A stretch of 64,000 bases of DNA. Origin: Eledone cirrhosa (Eukaryota). The notes under the pieces are model-generated. The model had not been told where the DNA came from. It made no database searches and saw only the letters and a list, made by a program, of their open reading frames with translations. Both the position numbers and the translations under genes were made by a program. Numbering within the stretch: the first letter of the stretch is position 1; each line of letters begins with the position of its first letter. The DNA is taken from assembly GCA_964016885.1 (NCBI GenBank), contig OZ024742.1:229152001-229216000 (forward strand), in the 5' to 3' direction. Of the stretch, positions 18,001-36,000 are shown piece by piece.

Positions 18001-21000
18001 TAATCTTGTTAACTGTAGCTAAGTAATTATATCATAATACGACACATGTGTGACACAACTGTGATAATCTTGTTAACTGTAGCTAAGTAATTATATCATA
18101 ATACGACACATGTGTGACACAACTGTGATAGTCTTGTTAACTGTAGCTAAGTAATTATATCATAATACGACACATGTGTGACACAACTGTGATAATCTTG
18201 TTAACTGTAGCTAAGTAATTATATCATAATACGACACATGTGTGACACAACTGTGATAGTCTTGTTAACTGTAGCTAAGTAATTATATCATAATACGACA
18301 CATGTGTGTGATACAACTGTGATAATCTTGTTAACTGTAGCTAAGTAATTATATCATAATACGACACATGTGTGACACAACTGTGATAGTCTTGTTAACT
18401 GTAGCTAAGTAATTATATCATAATACGACACATGTGTGACACAACTGTGATAATCTTGTTAACTGTAGCTAAGTAATTATATCATAATACGACACATGTG
18501 TGTGATACAACTGTGATAATCTTGTTAACTGTAGCTAAGTAATTATATCATAATACGACACATGTGTGACACAACTGTGATAATCTTGTTAACTGTAGCT
18601 AAGTAATTATATCATAATACGACACATGTGTGTGATACAACTGTGATAATCTTGTTAACTGTAGCTAAGTAATTATATCATAATACGACACATGTGTGAC
18701 ACAACTGTGATAATCTTGTTAACTGTAGCTAAGTAATTATATCATAATACGACACATGTGTGATACAGTTGTGATAATCTTGTTAACTGTAGCTAAGTAA
18801 TTATATCATAATACGACACATGTGTGTGATACAACTGTGATAATCTTGTTAACTGTAGCTAAGTAATTATATCATAATACGACACATGTGTGACACAACT
18901 GTGATAATCTGGTTAACTGTAGCTAAGTAATTATATCATAATACGACACATGTGTGACACAACTGTGATAATCTTGTTAACTGTAGCTAAGTAATTATAT
19001 CATAATACGACACATGTGTGACACAACTGTGATAATCTTGTTAACTGTAGCTAAGTAATTATATCATAATACGACACATGTGTGATACAGTTGTGATAAT
19101 CTTGTTAACTGTAGCTAAGTAATTATATCATAATACGACACATGTGTGTGATACAACTGTGATAATCTTGTTAACTGTAGCTAAGTAATTATATCATAAT
19201 ACGACACATGTGTGACACAACTGTGATAATCTTGTTAACTGTAGCTAAGTAATTATATCATAATACGACACATGTGTGATACAGTTGTGATAATCTTGTC
19301 AACTGTAGCTAATTAATTATATCATAATACGACACATGTGTGTGATACAACTGTGATAATCTTGTTAACTTTAGCTAAGTAATTATATCATAATACGATA
19401 CATTTGTGACACAACTGTGATAATCTTGTTAACTGTAGCTAAGTAATTATATCATAATACGTCACATGTGTGACACAACTGTGATAATCTTGTTAACTGT
19501 AGCTAAGTAATTATATCATAATACGACACATGTGTGACACAACTGTGATAATCTTGTTAACTGTAGCTAAGTAATTATATCATAATACGACACATGTGTG
19601 ACACAACTGTGATAGTCTTGTTAACTGTAGCTAAGTAATTATATCATAATACGACACATGTGTGACACAACTGTGATAATCTTGTTAACTGTAGCTAAGT
19701 AATTATATCATAATACGACACATGTGTGACACAACTGTGATAGTCTTGTTAACTGTAGCTAAGTAATTATATCATAATACGACACATGTGTGTGATACAA
19801 CTGTGATAATCTTGTTAACTGTAGCTAAGTAATTATATCATAATACGACACATGTGTGACACAACTGTGATAGTCTTGTTAACTGTAGCTAAGTAATTAT
19901 ATCATAATACGACACATGTGTGACACAACTGTGATAATCTTGTTAACTGTAGCTAAGTAATTATATCATAATACGACACATGTGTGTGATACAACTGTGA
20001 TAATCTTGTTAACTGTAGCTAAGTAATTATATCATAATACGACACATGTGTGACACAACTGTGATAATCTTGTTAACTGTAGCTAAGTAATTATATCATA
20101 ATACGACACATGTGTGTGATACAACTGTGATAATCTTGTTAACTGTAGCTAAGTAATTATATCATAATACGACACATGTGTGATACAGTTGTGATAATCT
20201 TGTTAACTGCAGCTAAGTAATTATATCATAATACGACACATGTGTGATACAGTTGTGATAATCTTGTTAACTGCAGCTAAGTAATTATATCATAATACGA
20301 CACATGTGTGACACAACTGTGATAATCTTGTTAACTGTAGCTAAGTAATTATATCATAATACGACACATGTGTGTGATACAACTGTGATAATCTTGTTAA
20401 CTGTAGCTAAGTAATTATATCATAATACGACACATGTGTGACACAACTGTGATAATCTTGTTAACTGTAGCTAAGTAATTATATCATAATACGACACATG
20501 TGTGATACAGTTGTGATAATCTTGTTAACTGCAGCTAAGTAATTATATCATAATACGACACATGTGTGATACAGTTGTGATAATCTTGTTAACTGCAGCT
20601 AAGTAATTATATCATAATACGACACATGTGTGATACAGTTGTGATAATCTTGTTAACTGTAGCTAAGTAATTATATCATAATACGACACATGTGTGTGAT
20701 ACAACTGTGATAATCTTGTTAACTGTAGCTAAGTAATTATATCATAATACGACACATGTGTGACACAACTGTGATAATCTGGTTAACTGTAGCTAAGTAA
20801 TTATATCATAATACGACACATGTGTGACACAACTGTGATAATCTTGTTAACTGTAGCTAAGTAATTATATCATAATACGACACATGTGTGACACAACTGT
20901 GATAATCTTGTTAACTGTAGCTAAGTAATTATATCATAATACGACACATGTGTGATACAGTTGTGATAATCTTGTTAACTGTAGCTAAGTAATTATATCA

Positions 21001-24000
21001 TAATACGACACATGTGTGTGATACAACTGTGATAATCTTGTTAACTGTAGCTAAGTAATTATATCATAATACGACACATGTGTGACACAACTGTGATAAT
21101 CTTGTTAACTGTAGCTAAGTAATTATATCATAATACGACACATGTGTGACACAACTGTGATAATCTTGTTAACTGTAGCTAAGTAATTATATCATAATAC
21201 GACACATGTGTGTGATACAACTGTGATAATCTTGTTAACTGTAGCTAAGTAATTATATCATAATACGACACATGTGTGACACAACTGTGATAATCTTGTT
21301 AACTGTAGCTAAGTAATTATATCATAATACGACACATGTGTGTGATACAACTGTGATAATCTTGTTAACTGTAGCTAAGTAATTATATCATAATACGACA
21401 CATGTGTGACACAACTGTGATAATCTTGTTAACTGTAGCTAAGTAATTATATCATAATACGTCACATGTGTGACACAACTGTGATAATCTTGTTAACTGT
21501 AGCTAAGTAATTATATCATAATACGACACATGTGTGACGCAACTGTGATAATCTTGTTAACTGTAGCTAAGTAATTATATCATAATACGACACATGTGTG
21601 TGATACAACTGTGATAATCTTGTTAACTGTAGCTAAGTAATTATATCATAATACGACACATGTGTGACACAACTGTGATAATCTTGTTAACTGTAGCTAA
21701 GTAATTATATCATAATACGACACATGTGTGATACAGTTGTGATAATCTTGTTAACTGTAGCTAAGTAATTATATCATAATACGACACATGTGTGTGATAC
21801 AACTGTGATAATCTTGTTAACTGTAGCTAAGTAATTATATCATAATACGACACATGTGTGACACAACTGTGATAGTCTTGTTAACTGTAGCTAAGTAATT
21901 ATATCACAATACGACACATGTGTGACACAACTGTGATAATCTTGTTAACTGTAGCTAAGTAATTATATCATAATACGACACATGTGTGATACAGTTGTGA
22001 TAATCTTATTAACTGCAGCTAAGTAATTATATCATAATACGACACATGTGTGATACAGTTGTGATAATCTTGTTAACTGCAGCTAAGTAATTATATCATA
22101 ATACGACACATGTGTGATACAGTTGTGATAATCTTGTTAACTGTAGCTAAGTAATTATATCATAATACGACACATGTGTGATACAGTTGTGATAATCTTG
22201 TTAACTGCAGCTAAGTAATTATATCACAATACGACACATGTGTGATACAGTTGTGATAATCTTGTTAACTGCAGCTAAGTAATTATATCATAATACGACA
22301 CATGTGTGTGATACAGTTGTGATAATCTTGTTAACTGCAGCTAAGTAATTATATCATAATACGACACATGTGTGATACAGTTGTGATAATCTTGTTAACT
22401 GTAGCTAAGTAATTATATCATAATACGACACATGTGTGATACAGTTGTGATGATCTTGTTAACTGTAGCTAAGTAATTATATCATAATACGACACATGTG
22501 TGACACAACTGTGATAATCTTGTTAACTGTAGCTAAGTAATTATATCATAATACGACACATGTGTGTGATACAAGTGTGATGATCTTGTTAATTGTAGCT
22601 AACTAATTCTAATTATATCATAATACGACACATGTGTGTGATACAACTGTGATAATCTTGTTAACTGTAGCTAAGTAATTATATCATAATACGACACATG
22701 TGTGTGATACAAGTGTGATGATCTTGTTAATTGTAGCTAACTAATTATATCATAATACGACACATGTGTGTGATACAACTGTGATAATCTTGTTAACTGT
22801 AGCTAAGTAATTATATCATAATACGACACATGTGTGATACAGTTGTGATAATCTTGTTAACTGTAGCTAATTAATTATATCATAATACGACACATGTGTG
22901 TGATACAACTGTGATAATCTTGTTAACTGTAGCTAAGTAATTATATCATAATACGACACATGTGTGACACAACTGTGATAGTCTTGTTAACTGTAGCTAA
23001 GTAATTATATCATAATACGACACATGTGTGACACAACTGTGATAATCTTGTTAACTGTAGCTAAGTAATTATATCATAATACGACACATGTGTGTGATAC
23101 AACTGTGATAATCTTGTTAACTGTAGCTAAGTAATTATATCATAATACGACACATGTGTGACACAACTGTGATAATCTTGTTAACTGTAGCTAAGTAATT
23201 ATATCATAATACGACACATGTGTGTGATACAACTGTGATAATCTTGTTAACTGTAGCTAAGTAATTATATCATAATACGACACATGTGTGATACAGTTGT
23301 GATAATCTTGTTAACTGCAGCTAAGTAATTATATCATAATACGACACATGTGTGATACAGTTGTGATAATCTTGTTAACTGCAGCTAAGTAATTATATCA
23401 TAATACGACACATGTGTGACACAACTGTGATAATCTTGTTAACTGTAGCTAAGTAATTATATCATAATACGACACATGTGTGTGATACAACTGTGATAAT
23501 CTTGTTAACTGTAGCTAAGTAATTATATCATAATACGACACATGTGTGACACAACTGTGATAATCTTGTTAACTGTAGCTAAGTAATTATATCATAATAC
23601 GACACATGTGTGATACAGTTGTGATAATCTTGTTAACTGCAGCTAAGTAATTATATCATAATACGACACATGTGTGATACAGTTGTGATAATCTTGTTAA
23701 CTGCAGCTAAGTAATTATATCATAATACGACACATGTGTGATACAGTTGTGATAATCTTGTTAACTGTAGCTAAGTAATTATATCATAATACGACACATG
23801 TGTGTGATACAACTGTGATAATCTTGTTAACTGTAGCTAAGTAATTATATCATAATACGACACATGTGTGACACAACTGTGATAATCTGGTTAACTGTAG
23901 CTAAGTAATTATATCATAATACGACACATGTGTGACACAACTGTGATAATCTTGTTAACTGTAGCTAAGTAATTATATCATAATACGACACATGTGTGAC

Positions 24001-27000
24001 ACAACTGTGATAATCTTGTTAACTGTAGCTAAGTAATTATATCATAATACGACACATGTGTGATACAGTTGTGATAATCTTGTTAACTGTAGCTAAGTAA
24101 TTATATCATAATACGACACATGTGTGTGATACAACTGTGATAATCTTGTTAACTGTAGCTAAGTAATTATATCATAATACGACACATGTGTGACACAACT
24201 GTGATAATCTTGTTAACTGTAGCTAAGTAATTATATCATAATACGACACATGTGTGACACAACTGTGATAATCTTGTTAACTGTAGCTAAGTAATTATAT
24301 CATAATACGACACATGTGTGTGATACAACTGTGATAATCTTGTTAACTGTAGCTAAGTAATTATATCATAATACGACACATGTGTGACACAACTGTGATA
24401 ATCTTGTTAACTGTAGCTAAGTAATTATATCATAATACGACACATGTGTGTGATACAACTGTGATAATCTTGTTAACTGTAGCTAAGTAATTATATCATA
24501 ATACGACACATGTGTGACACAACTGTGATAATCTTGTTAACTGTAGCTAAGTAATTATATCATAATACGTCACATGTGTGACACAACTGTGATAATCTTG
24601 TTAACTGTAGCTAAGTAATTATATCATAATACGACACATGTGTGACGCAACTGTGATAATCTTGTTAACTGTAGCTAAGTAATTATATCATAATACGACA
24701 CATGTGTGTGATACAACTGTGATAATCTTGTTAACTGTAGCTAAGTAATTATATCATAATACGACACATGTGTGACACAACTGTGATAATCTTGTTAACT
24801 GTAGCTAAGTAATTATATCATAATACGACACATGTGTGATACAGTTGTGATAATCTTGTTAACTGTAGCTAAGTAATTATATCATAATACGACACATGTG
24901 TGTGATACAACTGTGATAATCTTGTTAACTGTAGCTAAGTAATTATATCATAATACGACACATGTGTGACACAACTGTGATAGTCTTGTTAACTGTAGCT
25001 AAGTAATTATATCACAATACGACACATGTGTGACACAACTGTGATAATCTTGTTAACTGTAGCTAAGTAATTATATCATAATACGACACATGTGTGATAC
25101 AGTTGTGATAATCTTATTAACTGCAGCTAAGTAATTATATCATAATACGACACATGTGTGATACAGTTGTGATAATCTTGTTAACTGCAGCTAAGTAATT
25201 ATATCATAATACGACACATGTGTGATACAGTTGTGATAATCTTGTTAACTGTAGCTAAGTAATTATATCATAATACGACACATGTGTGATACAGTTGTGA
25301 TAATCTTGTTAACTGCAGCTAAGTAATTATATCACAATACGACACATGTGTGATACAGTTGTGATAATCTTGTTAACTGCAGCTAAGTAATTATATCATA
25401 ATACGACACATGTGTGTGATACAGTTGTGATAATCTTGTTAACTGCAGCTAAGTAATTATATCATAATACGACACATGTGTGATACAGTTGTGATAATCT
25501 TGTTAACTGTAGCTAAGTAATTATATCATAATACGACACATGTGTGATACAGTTGTGATGATCTTGTTAACTGTAGCTAAGTAATTATATCATAATACGA
25601 CACATGTGTGACACAACTGTGATAATCTTGTTAACTGTAGCTAAGTAATTATATCATAATACGACACATGTGTGTGATACAAGTGTGATGATCTTGTTAA
25701 TTGTAGCTAACTAATTCTAATTATATCATAATACGACACATGTGTGTGATACAACTGTGATAATCTTGTTAACTGTAGCTAAGTAATTATATCATAATAC
25801 GACACATGTGTGTGATACAAGTGTGATGATCTTGTTAATTGTAGCTAACTAATTATATCATAATACGACACATGTGTGTGATACAACTGTGATAATCTTG
25901 TTAACTGTAGCTAAGTAATTATATCATAATACGACACATGTGTGATACAGTTGTGATAATCTTGTTAACTGTAGCTAATTAATTATATCATAATACGACA
26001 CATGTGTGTGATACAACTGTGATAATCTTGTTAACTGTAGCTAAGTAATTATATCATAATACGACACATGTGTGTGATACAACTGTGATAATCCTGTTAA
26101 CTGTAGCTAAGTAATTATATCATAATACGACACATGTGTGACACAACTGTGATAATCTTGTTAACTGTAGCTAAGTAATTATATCATAATACGTCACATG
26201 TGTGACACAACTGTGATAATCTTGTTAACTGTAGCTAAGTAATTATATCATAATACGACACATGTGTGATACAGTTGTGATAATCTTGTTAACTGCAGCT
26301 AAGTAATTATATCATAATACGACACATGTGTGATACAGTTGTGATAATCTTGTTAACTGCAGCTAAGTAATTATATCATAATACGACACATGTGTGATAC
26401 AGTTGTGATAATCTTGTTAACTGTAGCTAAGTAATTATATCATAATACGACACATGTGTGATACAGTTGTCATAATCTTGTTAACTGCAGCTAAGTAATT
26501 ATATCACAATACGACACATGTGTGATACAGTTGTGATAATCTTGTTAACTGCAGCTAAGTAATTATATCATAATACGACACATGTGTGTGATACAGTTGT
26601 GATAATCTTGTTAACTGCAGCTAAGTAATTATATCATAATACGACACATGTGTGATACAGTTGTGATAATCTTGTTAACTGTAGCTAAGTAATTATATCA
26701 TAATACGACACATGTGTGATACAGTTGTGATGATCTTGTTAACTGCAGCTAAGTAATTATATCATAATACGACACATGTGTGATACAGTTGTGATAATCT
26801 TGTTAACTGCAGCTAAGTAATTATATCATAATACGACACATGTGTGATACAGTTGTGATAATCTTGTTAACTGTAGCTAAGTAATTATATCATAATACGA
26901 CACATGTGTGTGATACAAGTGTGATGATCTTGTTACTTGTAGCTAACTAATTATATCATAATACGACACATGTGTGTGATACAACTGTGATAATCTTGTT

Positions 27001-30000
27001 AACTGCAGCTAAGTAATTATATCATAATACGACACATGTGTGATACAGTTGTGATAATCTTGTTAACTGTAGCTAAGTAATTATATCATAATACGACACA
27101 TGTGTGACACAACTGTGATAATCTTGTTAACTGTAGCTAAGTAATTATATCATAATACGACACATGTGTGACACAACTGTGATAGTCTTGTTAACTGTAG
27201 CTAAGTAATTATATCATAATACGACACATGTGTGACACAACTGTGATAATCTTGTTAACTGTAGCTAAGTAATTATATCATAATACGACACATGTGTGAC
27301 ACAACTGTGATAGTCTTGTTAACTGTAGCTAAGTAATTATATCATAATACGACACATGTGTGTGATACAACTGTGATAATCTTGTTAACTGTAGCTAAGT
27401 AATTATATCATAATACGACACATGTGTGACACAACTGTGATAGTCTTGTTAACTGTAGCTAAGTAATTATATCATAATACGACACATGTGTGACACAACT
27501 GTGATAATCTTGTTAACTGTAGCTAAGTAATTATATCATAATACGACACATGTGTGTGATACAACTGTGATAATCTTGTTAACTGTAGCTAAGTAATTAT
27601 ATCATAATACGACACATGTGTGACACAACTGTGATAATCTTGTTAACTGTAGCTAAGTAATTATATCATAATACGACACATGTGTGTGATACAACTGTGA
27701 TAATCTTGTTAACTGTAGCTAAGTAATTATATCATAATACGACACATGTGTGACACAACTGTGATAATCTTGTTAACTGTAGCTAAGTAATTATATCATA
27801 ATACGACACATGTGTGATACAGTTGTGATAATCTTGTTAACTGTAGCTAAGTAATTATATCATAATACGACACATGTGTGTGATACAACTGTGATAATCT
27901 TGTTAACTGTAGCTAAGAAATTATATCATAATACGACACATGTGTGACACAACTGTGATAGTCTTGTTAACTGTAGCTAAGTAATTATATCACAATACGA
28001 CACATGTGTGACACAACTGTGATAATCTTGTTAACTGTAGCTAAGTAATTATATCATAATACGACACATGTGTGATACAGTTGTGATAATCTTGTTAACT
28101 GCAGCTAAGTAATTATATCATAATACGACACATGTGTGATACAGTTGTGATAATCTTGTTAACTGCAGCTAAGTAATTATATCATAATACGACACATGTG
28201 TGATACAGTTGTGATAATCTTGTTAACTGCAGCTAAGTAATTATATCATAATACGACACATGTGTGATACAGTTGTGATAATCTTGTTAACTGTAGCTAA
28301 GTAATTATATCATAATACGACACATGTGTGTGATACAACTGTGATAATCTTGTTAACTGTAGCTAAGTAATTATATCATAATACGACACATGTGTGACAC
28401 AACTGTGATAATCTGGTTAACTGTAGCTAAGTAATTATATCATAATACGACACATGTGTGACACAACTGTGATAATCTTGTTAACTGTAGCTAAGTAATT
28501 ATATCATAATACGACACATGTGTGACACAACTGTGATAATCTTGTTAACTGTAGCTAAGTAATTATATCATAATACGACACATGTGTGATACAGTTGTGA
28601 TAATCTTGTTAACTGTAGCTAAGTAATTATATCATAATACGACACATGTGTGTGATACAACTGTGATAATCTTGTTAACTGTAGCTAAGTAATTATATCA
28701 TAATACGACACATGTGTGACACAACTGTGATAATCTTGTTAACTGTAGCTAAGTAATTATATCATAATACGACACATGTGTGACACAACTGTGATAATCT
28801 TGTTAACTGTAGCTAAGTAATTATATCATAATACGACACATGTGTGTGACACAACTGTGATAATCTTGTTAACTGTAGCTAAGTAATTATATCATAATAC
28901 GACACATGTGTGACACAACTGTGATAATCTTGTTAACTGTAGCTAAGTAATTATATCATAATACGACACATGTGTGTGATACAACTGTGATAATCTTGTT
29001 AACTGTAGCTAAGTAATTATATCATAATACGACACATGTGTGACACAACTGTGATAATCTTGTTAACTGTAGCTAAGTAATTATATCATAATACGTCACA
29101 TGTGTGACACAACTGTGATAATCTTGTTAACTGTAGCTAAGTAATTATATCATAATACGACACATGTGTGACACAACTGTGATAATCTTGTTAACTGTAG
29201 CTAAGTAATTATATCATAATACGACACATGTGTGTGATACAACTGTGATAATCTTGTTAACTGTAGCTAAGTAATTATATCATAATATGACACATGTGTG
29301 ACACAACTGTGATAATCTTGTTAACTGTAGCTAAGTAATTATATCATAATACGACACATGTGTGATACAGTTGTGATAATCTTGTTAACTGTAGCTAAGT
29401 AATTATATCATAATACGACACATGTGTGTGATACAACTGTGATAATCTTGTTAACTGTAGCTAAGTAATTATATTATAATACGACACATGTGTGACACAA
29501 CTGTGATAGTCTTGTTAACTGTAGCTAAGTAATTATATCACAATACGACACATGTGTGACACAACTGTGATAATCTTGTTAACTGTAGCTAAGTAATTAT
29601 ATCATAATACGACACATGTGTGATACAGTTGTGATAATCTTATTAACTGCAGCTAAGTAATTATATCATAATACGACACATGTGTGATACAGTTGTGATA
29701 ATCTTGTTAACTGCAGCTAAGTAATTATATCATAATACGACACATGTGTGATACAGTTGTGATAATCTTGTTAACTGTAGCTAAGTAATTATATCATAAT
29801 ACGACACATGTGTGATACAGTTGTGATAATCTTGTTAACTGCAGCTAAGTAATTATATCACAATACGACACATGTGTGATACAGTTGTGATAATCTTGTT
29901 AACTGCAGGTAAGTAATTATATCATAATACGACACATGTGTGTGATACAGTTGTGATAATCTTGTTAACTGCAGCTAAGTAATTATATCATAATACGACA

Positions 30001-33000
30001 CATGTGTGATACAGTTGTGATAATCTTGTTAACTGTAGCTAAGTAATTATATCATAATACGACACATGTGTGATACAGTTGTGATGATCTTGTTAACTGC
30101 AGCTAAGTAATTATATCATAATACGACACATGTGTGATACAGTTGTGATAATCTTGTTAACTGCAGCTAAGTAATTATATCATAATACGACACATGTGTG
30201 ACACAACTGTGATAATCTTGTTAACTGTAGCTAAGTAATTATATCATAATACGACACATGTGTGACACAACTGTGATAATCTTGTTAACTGTAGCTAAGT
30301 AATTATATCATAATACGACACATGTGTGACACAACTGTGATAATCTTGTTAACTGTAGCTAAGTAATTATATCATAATACGACACATGTGTGATACAGTT
30401 GTGATAATCTTGTTAACTGTAGCTAAGTAATTATATCATAATACGACACATGTGTGACACAACTGTGATAATCTTGTTAACTGTAGCTAAGTAATTATAT
30501 CATAATACGACACATGTGTGACACAACTGTGATAATCTTGTTAACTGTAGCTAAGTAATTATATCATAATACGACACATGTGTGTGATACAAGTGTGATG
30601 ATCTTGTTAATTGTAGCTAACTAATTCTAATTATATCATAATACGACACATGTGTGTGATACAACTGTGATAATCTTGTTAACTGTAGCTAAGTAATTAT
30701 ATCATAATACGACACATGTGTGTGATACAAGTGTGATGATCTTGTTAATTGTAGCTAACTAATTATATCATAATACGACACATGTGTGTGATACAACTGT
30801 GATAATCTTGTTAACTGTAGCTAAGTAATTATATCATAATACGACACATGTGTGATACAGTTGTGATAATCTTGTTAACTGTAGCTAATTAATTATATCA
30901 TAATACGACACATGTGTGTGATACAACTGTGATAATCTTGTTAACTTTAGCTAAGTAATTATATCATAATACGACACATGTGTGTGATACAACTGTGATA
31001 ATCTTGTTAACTGTAGCTAAGTAATTATATCATAATACGACACATGTGTGTGATACAACTGTGATAATCCTGTTAACTGTAGCTAAGTAATTATATCATA
31101 ATACGACACATGTGTGACACAACTGTGATAATCTTGTTAACTGTAGCTAAGTAATTATATCATAATACGTCACATGTGTGACACAACTGTGATAATCTTG
31201 TTAACTGTAGCTAAGTAATTATATCATAATACGACACATGTGTGACACAACTGTGATAATCTTGTTAACTGTAGCTAAGTAATTATATCATAATACGACA
31301 CATGTGTGTGATACAACTGTGATAATCTTGTTAACTGTAGCTAAGTAATTATATCATAATACGACACATGTGTGACACAACTGTGATAATCTTGTTAACT
31401 GTAGCTAAGTAATTATATCATAATACGACACATGTGTGACACAACTGTGATAATCTTGTTAACTGTAGCTAAGTAATTATATCATAATACGACACATGTG
31501 TGACACAACTGTGATAATCTTGTTAACTGTAGCTAAGTAATTATATCATAATACGACACATGTGTGATACAGTTGTGATAATCTTGTTAACTGTAGCTAA
31601 GTAATTATATCATAATACGACACATGTGTGTGATACAACTGTGATAATCTTGTTAACTGTAGCTAAGTAATTATATCATAATACGACACATGTGTGACAC
31701 AACTGTGATAATCTTGTTAACTGTAGCTAAGTAATTATATCATAATACGACACATGTGTGACACAACTGTGATAATCTTGTTAACTGTAGCTAAGTAATT
31801 ATATCATAATACGACACATGTGTGTGATACAACTGTGATAATCTTGTTAACTGTAGCTAAGTAATTATATCATAATACGACACATGTGTGACACAACTGT
31901 GATAATCTTGTTAACTGTAGCTAAGTAATTATATCATAATACGACACATGTGTGTGATACAACTGTGATAATCTTGTTAACTGTAGCTAAGTAATTATAT
32001 CATAATACGACACATGTGTGACACAACTGTGATAATCTTGTTAACTGTAGCTGAGTAATTATATCATAATACGACACATGTGTGACACAACTGTGATAAT
32101 CTTGTTAACTGTAGCTAAGTAATTATATCATAATACGACACATGTGTGATACAGTTGTGATAATCTTGTTAACTGCAGCTAAGGAATTATATCATAATAC
32201 GACACATGTGTGATACAACTGTGATAATCTTGTTAACTGTAGCTAAGTAATTATATTATAATACGTCACATGTGTGACACAACTGTGATAATCTTGTTAA
32301 CTGTAGCTAAGTAATTATATCATAATACGACACATGTGTGTGATACAACTGTGATAATCTTGTTAACTGTAGCTAAGTAATTATATCATAATACGACACA
32401 TGTGTGTGATACAACTGTGATAATCTTGTTAACTGTAGCTAAGTAATTATATCATAATACGACACATGTGTGTGATACAGTTGTGATAATCTTGTTAACT
32501 GCAGCTAAGGAATTATATCATAATACGACACATGTGTGATACAGTTGTGATAATCTTGTTAACTGTAGCTAAGTAATTATATCATAATACGACACATGTG
32601 TGATACAGTTGTGATAATCTTGTTAACTGCAGCTAAGTAATTATATCATAATACGACACATGTGTGACACAACTGTGATAGTCTTGTTAACTGTAGCTAA
32701 GTAATTATATCATAATACGACACATGTGTGACACAACTGTGATAATCTTGTTAACTGTAGCTAAGTAATTATATCATAATACGACACATGTGTGTGATAC
32801 AACTGTGATAATCTTGTTAACTGTAGCTAAGTAATTATATCATAATACGACACATATGTGATACAGTTGTGATAATCTTCTTAACTGCAGCTAAGTAATT
32901 ATATAATAATACGACACATGTGTGATACAGTTGTGATAATCTTGTTAACTGTAGCTAAGTAATTATATCATAATACGACACATGTGTGACACAACTGTGA

Positions 33001-36000
33001 TAATCTTGTTAACTGTAGCTAAGTAATTATATCATAATACGACACATGTGTGACACAACTGTGATAATCTTGTTAACTGCAGCTAAGTAATTATATCATA
33101 ATACGACACATGTGTGTGATACAACTGTGATAATCTTGTTAACTGTAGCTAAGTAATTATATCATAATACGACACATGTGTGACACAACTGTGATAGTCT
33201 TGTTAACTGTAGCTAAGTAATTATATCATAATACGACACATGTGTGACACAACTGTGATAATCTTGTTAACTGTAGCTAAGTAATTATATCATAATACGA
33301 CACATGTGTGTGATACAACTGTGATAATCTTGTTAACTGTAGCTAAGTAATTATATCATAATACGACACATATGTGATACAGTTGTGATAATCTTCTTAA
33401 CTGCAGCTAAGTAATTATATCATAATACGACACATGTGTGATACAGTTGTGATAATCTTGTTAACTGTAGCTAAGTAATTATATCATAATACGACACATG
33501 TGTGACACAACTGTGATAATCTTGTTAACTGTAGCTAAGTAATTATATCATAATACGACACATGTGTGACACAACTGTGATAATCTTGTTAACTGTAGCT
33601 AAGTAATTATATCATAATACGACACATGTGTGACACAACTGTGATAATCTTGTTAACTGTAGCTAAGTAATTATATCATAATACGACACATGTGTGACAC
33701 AACTGTGATAATCTTGTTAACTGTAGCTAAGTAATTATATCATAATACGACACATGTGTGACACAACTGTGATAATCTTGTTAACTGTAGCTAAGTAATT
33801 ATATCATAATACGACACATGTGTGTGATACAACTGTGATAATCTTGTTAACTGTAGCTAAGTAATTATATCATAATACGAAACATGTGTGACACAACTGT
33901 GATAATCTTGTTAACTGTAGCTAAGTAATTATATGATAATACGACACATGTGTGTGATACAACTGTGATAATCTTGTTAACTGTAGCTAAGTAATTATAT
34001 CATGATACGACACATGTGTGACACAACTGTGATAATCTTGTTAACTGTAGCTAAGTAATTATATCATAATACGACACATGTGTGACACAACTGTGATAAT
34101 CTTGTTAGCTGTAGCTAAGTAATTATATCATAATACGACACATGTGTGTGATACAACTGTGATAATCTTGTTAACTGTAGCTAAGTAATTATATCATAAT
34201 ACGACACATGTGTGATACAGTCGTGATAATCTTGTTAACTGCAGCTAAGTAATTATATCATAATACGACACATGTGTGTGATACAACTGTGATAATCCTG
34301 TTAACTGTAGCTAAGTAATTATATCATAATACGACACATGTGTGACACAACTGTGATAATCTTGTTAACTGTAGCTAAGTAATTATATCATAATACGACA
34401 CATGTGTGTGATACAACTGTGATAATCTTGTTAACTGTAGCTAAGTAATTATATCATAATACGACACATGTGTGACACAACTGTGATAATCTTGTTAACT
34501 GTAGCTAAGTAATTATATCATAATACGACACATGTGTGATACAGTTGTGATAATCTTGTTAACTGCAGCTAAGGAATTATATCATAATACGACACATGTG
34601 TGATACAGTTGTGATAATCTTGTTAACTGCAGCTAAGTAATTATATCATAATACGACACATGTGTGTGATACAACTGTGATAATCTTGTTAACTGTAGCT
34701 AAGTAATTATATCATAATACGACACATGTGTGTGATACAACTGTGATAATCTTGTCAACTGTAGCTAAGTAATTATATCATAATACGACACATGTGTGAC
34801 ACAACTGTGATAGTCATGTTAACTGTAGCTAAGGAATTATATCATAATACGGCACATGTGTGACACAACTTCGATAATCTTGTTAACTGTAGCTAAGTAA
34901 TTATATCATAATACGACACATGTGTGACACAACTGTGATAATCTTGTTAACTGTAGCTAAGTAATTATATCATAATACGACACATGTGTGTGATACAACT
35001 GTGATAATCTTGTTAACTGTAGCTAAGTAATTATATCATAATACGACACATATGTGATACAGTTGTGATAATCTTCTTAACTGCAGCTAAGTAATTATAT
35101 CATAATACGACACATGTGTGATACAGTTGTGATAATCTTGTTAACTGTAGCTAAGTAATTATATCATAATACGACACATGTGTGACACAACTGCGATAAT
35201 CTTGTTAACTGTAGCTAAGTAATTATATCATAATACGACACATGTGTGACACAACTGTGATAATCTTGTTAACTGTAGCTAAGTAATTATATCATAATAC
35301 GACACATGTGTGACACAACTGTGATAATCTTGTTAACTGTAGCTAAGTAATTATATCATAATACGACACATGTGTGACACAACTGTGATAATCTTGTTAA
35401 CTGTAGCTAAGTAATTATATCATAATACGACACATGTGTGACACAACTGTGATAATCTTGTTAACTGTAGCTAAGTAATTATATCATAATACGACACATG
35501 TGTGACACAACTGTGATAATCTTGTTAACTGTAGCTAAGTAATTATATCATAATACGACACATGTGTGACACAACTGTGATAATCTTGTTAACTGTAGCT
35601 AAGTAATTATATCATAATACGACACATGTGTGTGATACAACTGTGATAATCTTGTTAACTGTAGCTAAGTAATTATATCATAATACGAAACATGTGTGAC
35701 ACAACTGTGATAATCTTGTTAACTGTAGCTAAGTAATTATATGATAATACGACACATGTGTGTGATACAACTGTGATAATCTTGTTAACTGTAGCTAAGT
35801 AATTATATCATGATACGACACATGTGTGACACAACTGTGATAATCTTGTTAACTGTAGCTAAGTAATTATATCATAATACGACACATGTGTGACACAACT
35901 GTGATAATCTTGTTAGCTGTAGCTAAGTAATTATATCATAATACGACACATGTGTGTGATACAACTGTGATAATCTTGTTAACTGTAGCTAAGTAATTAT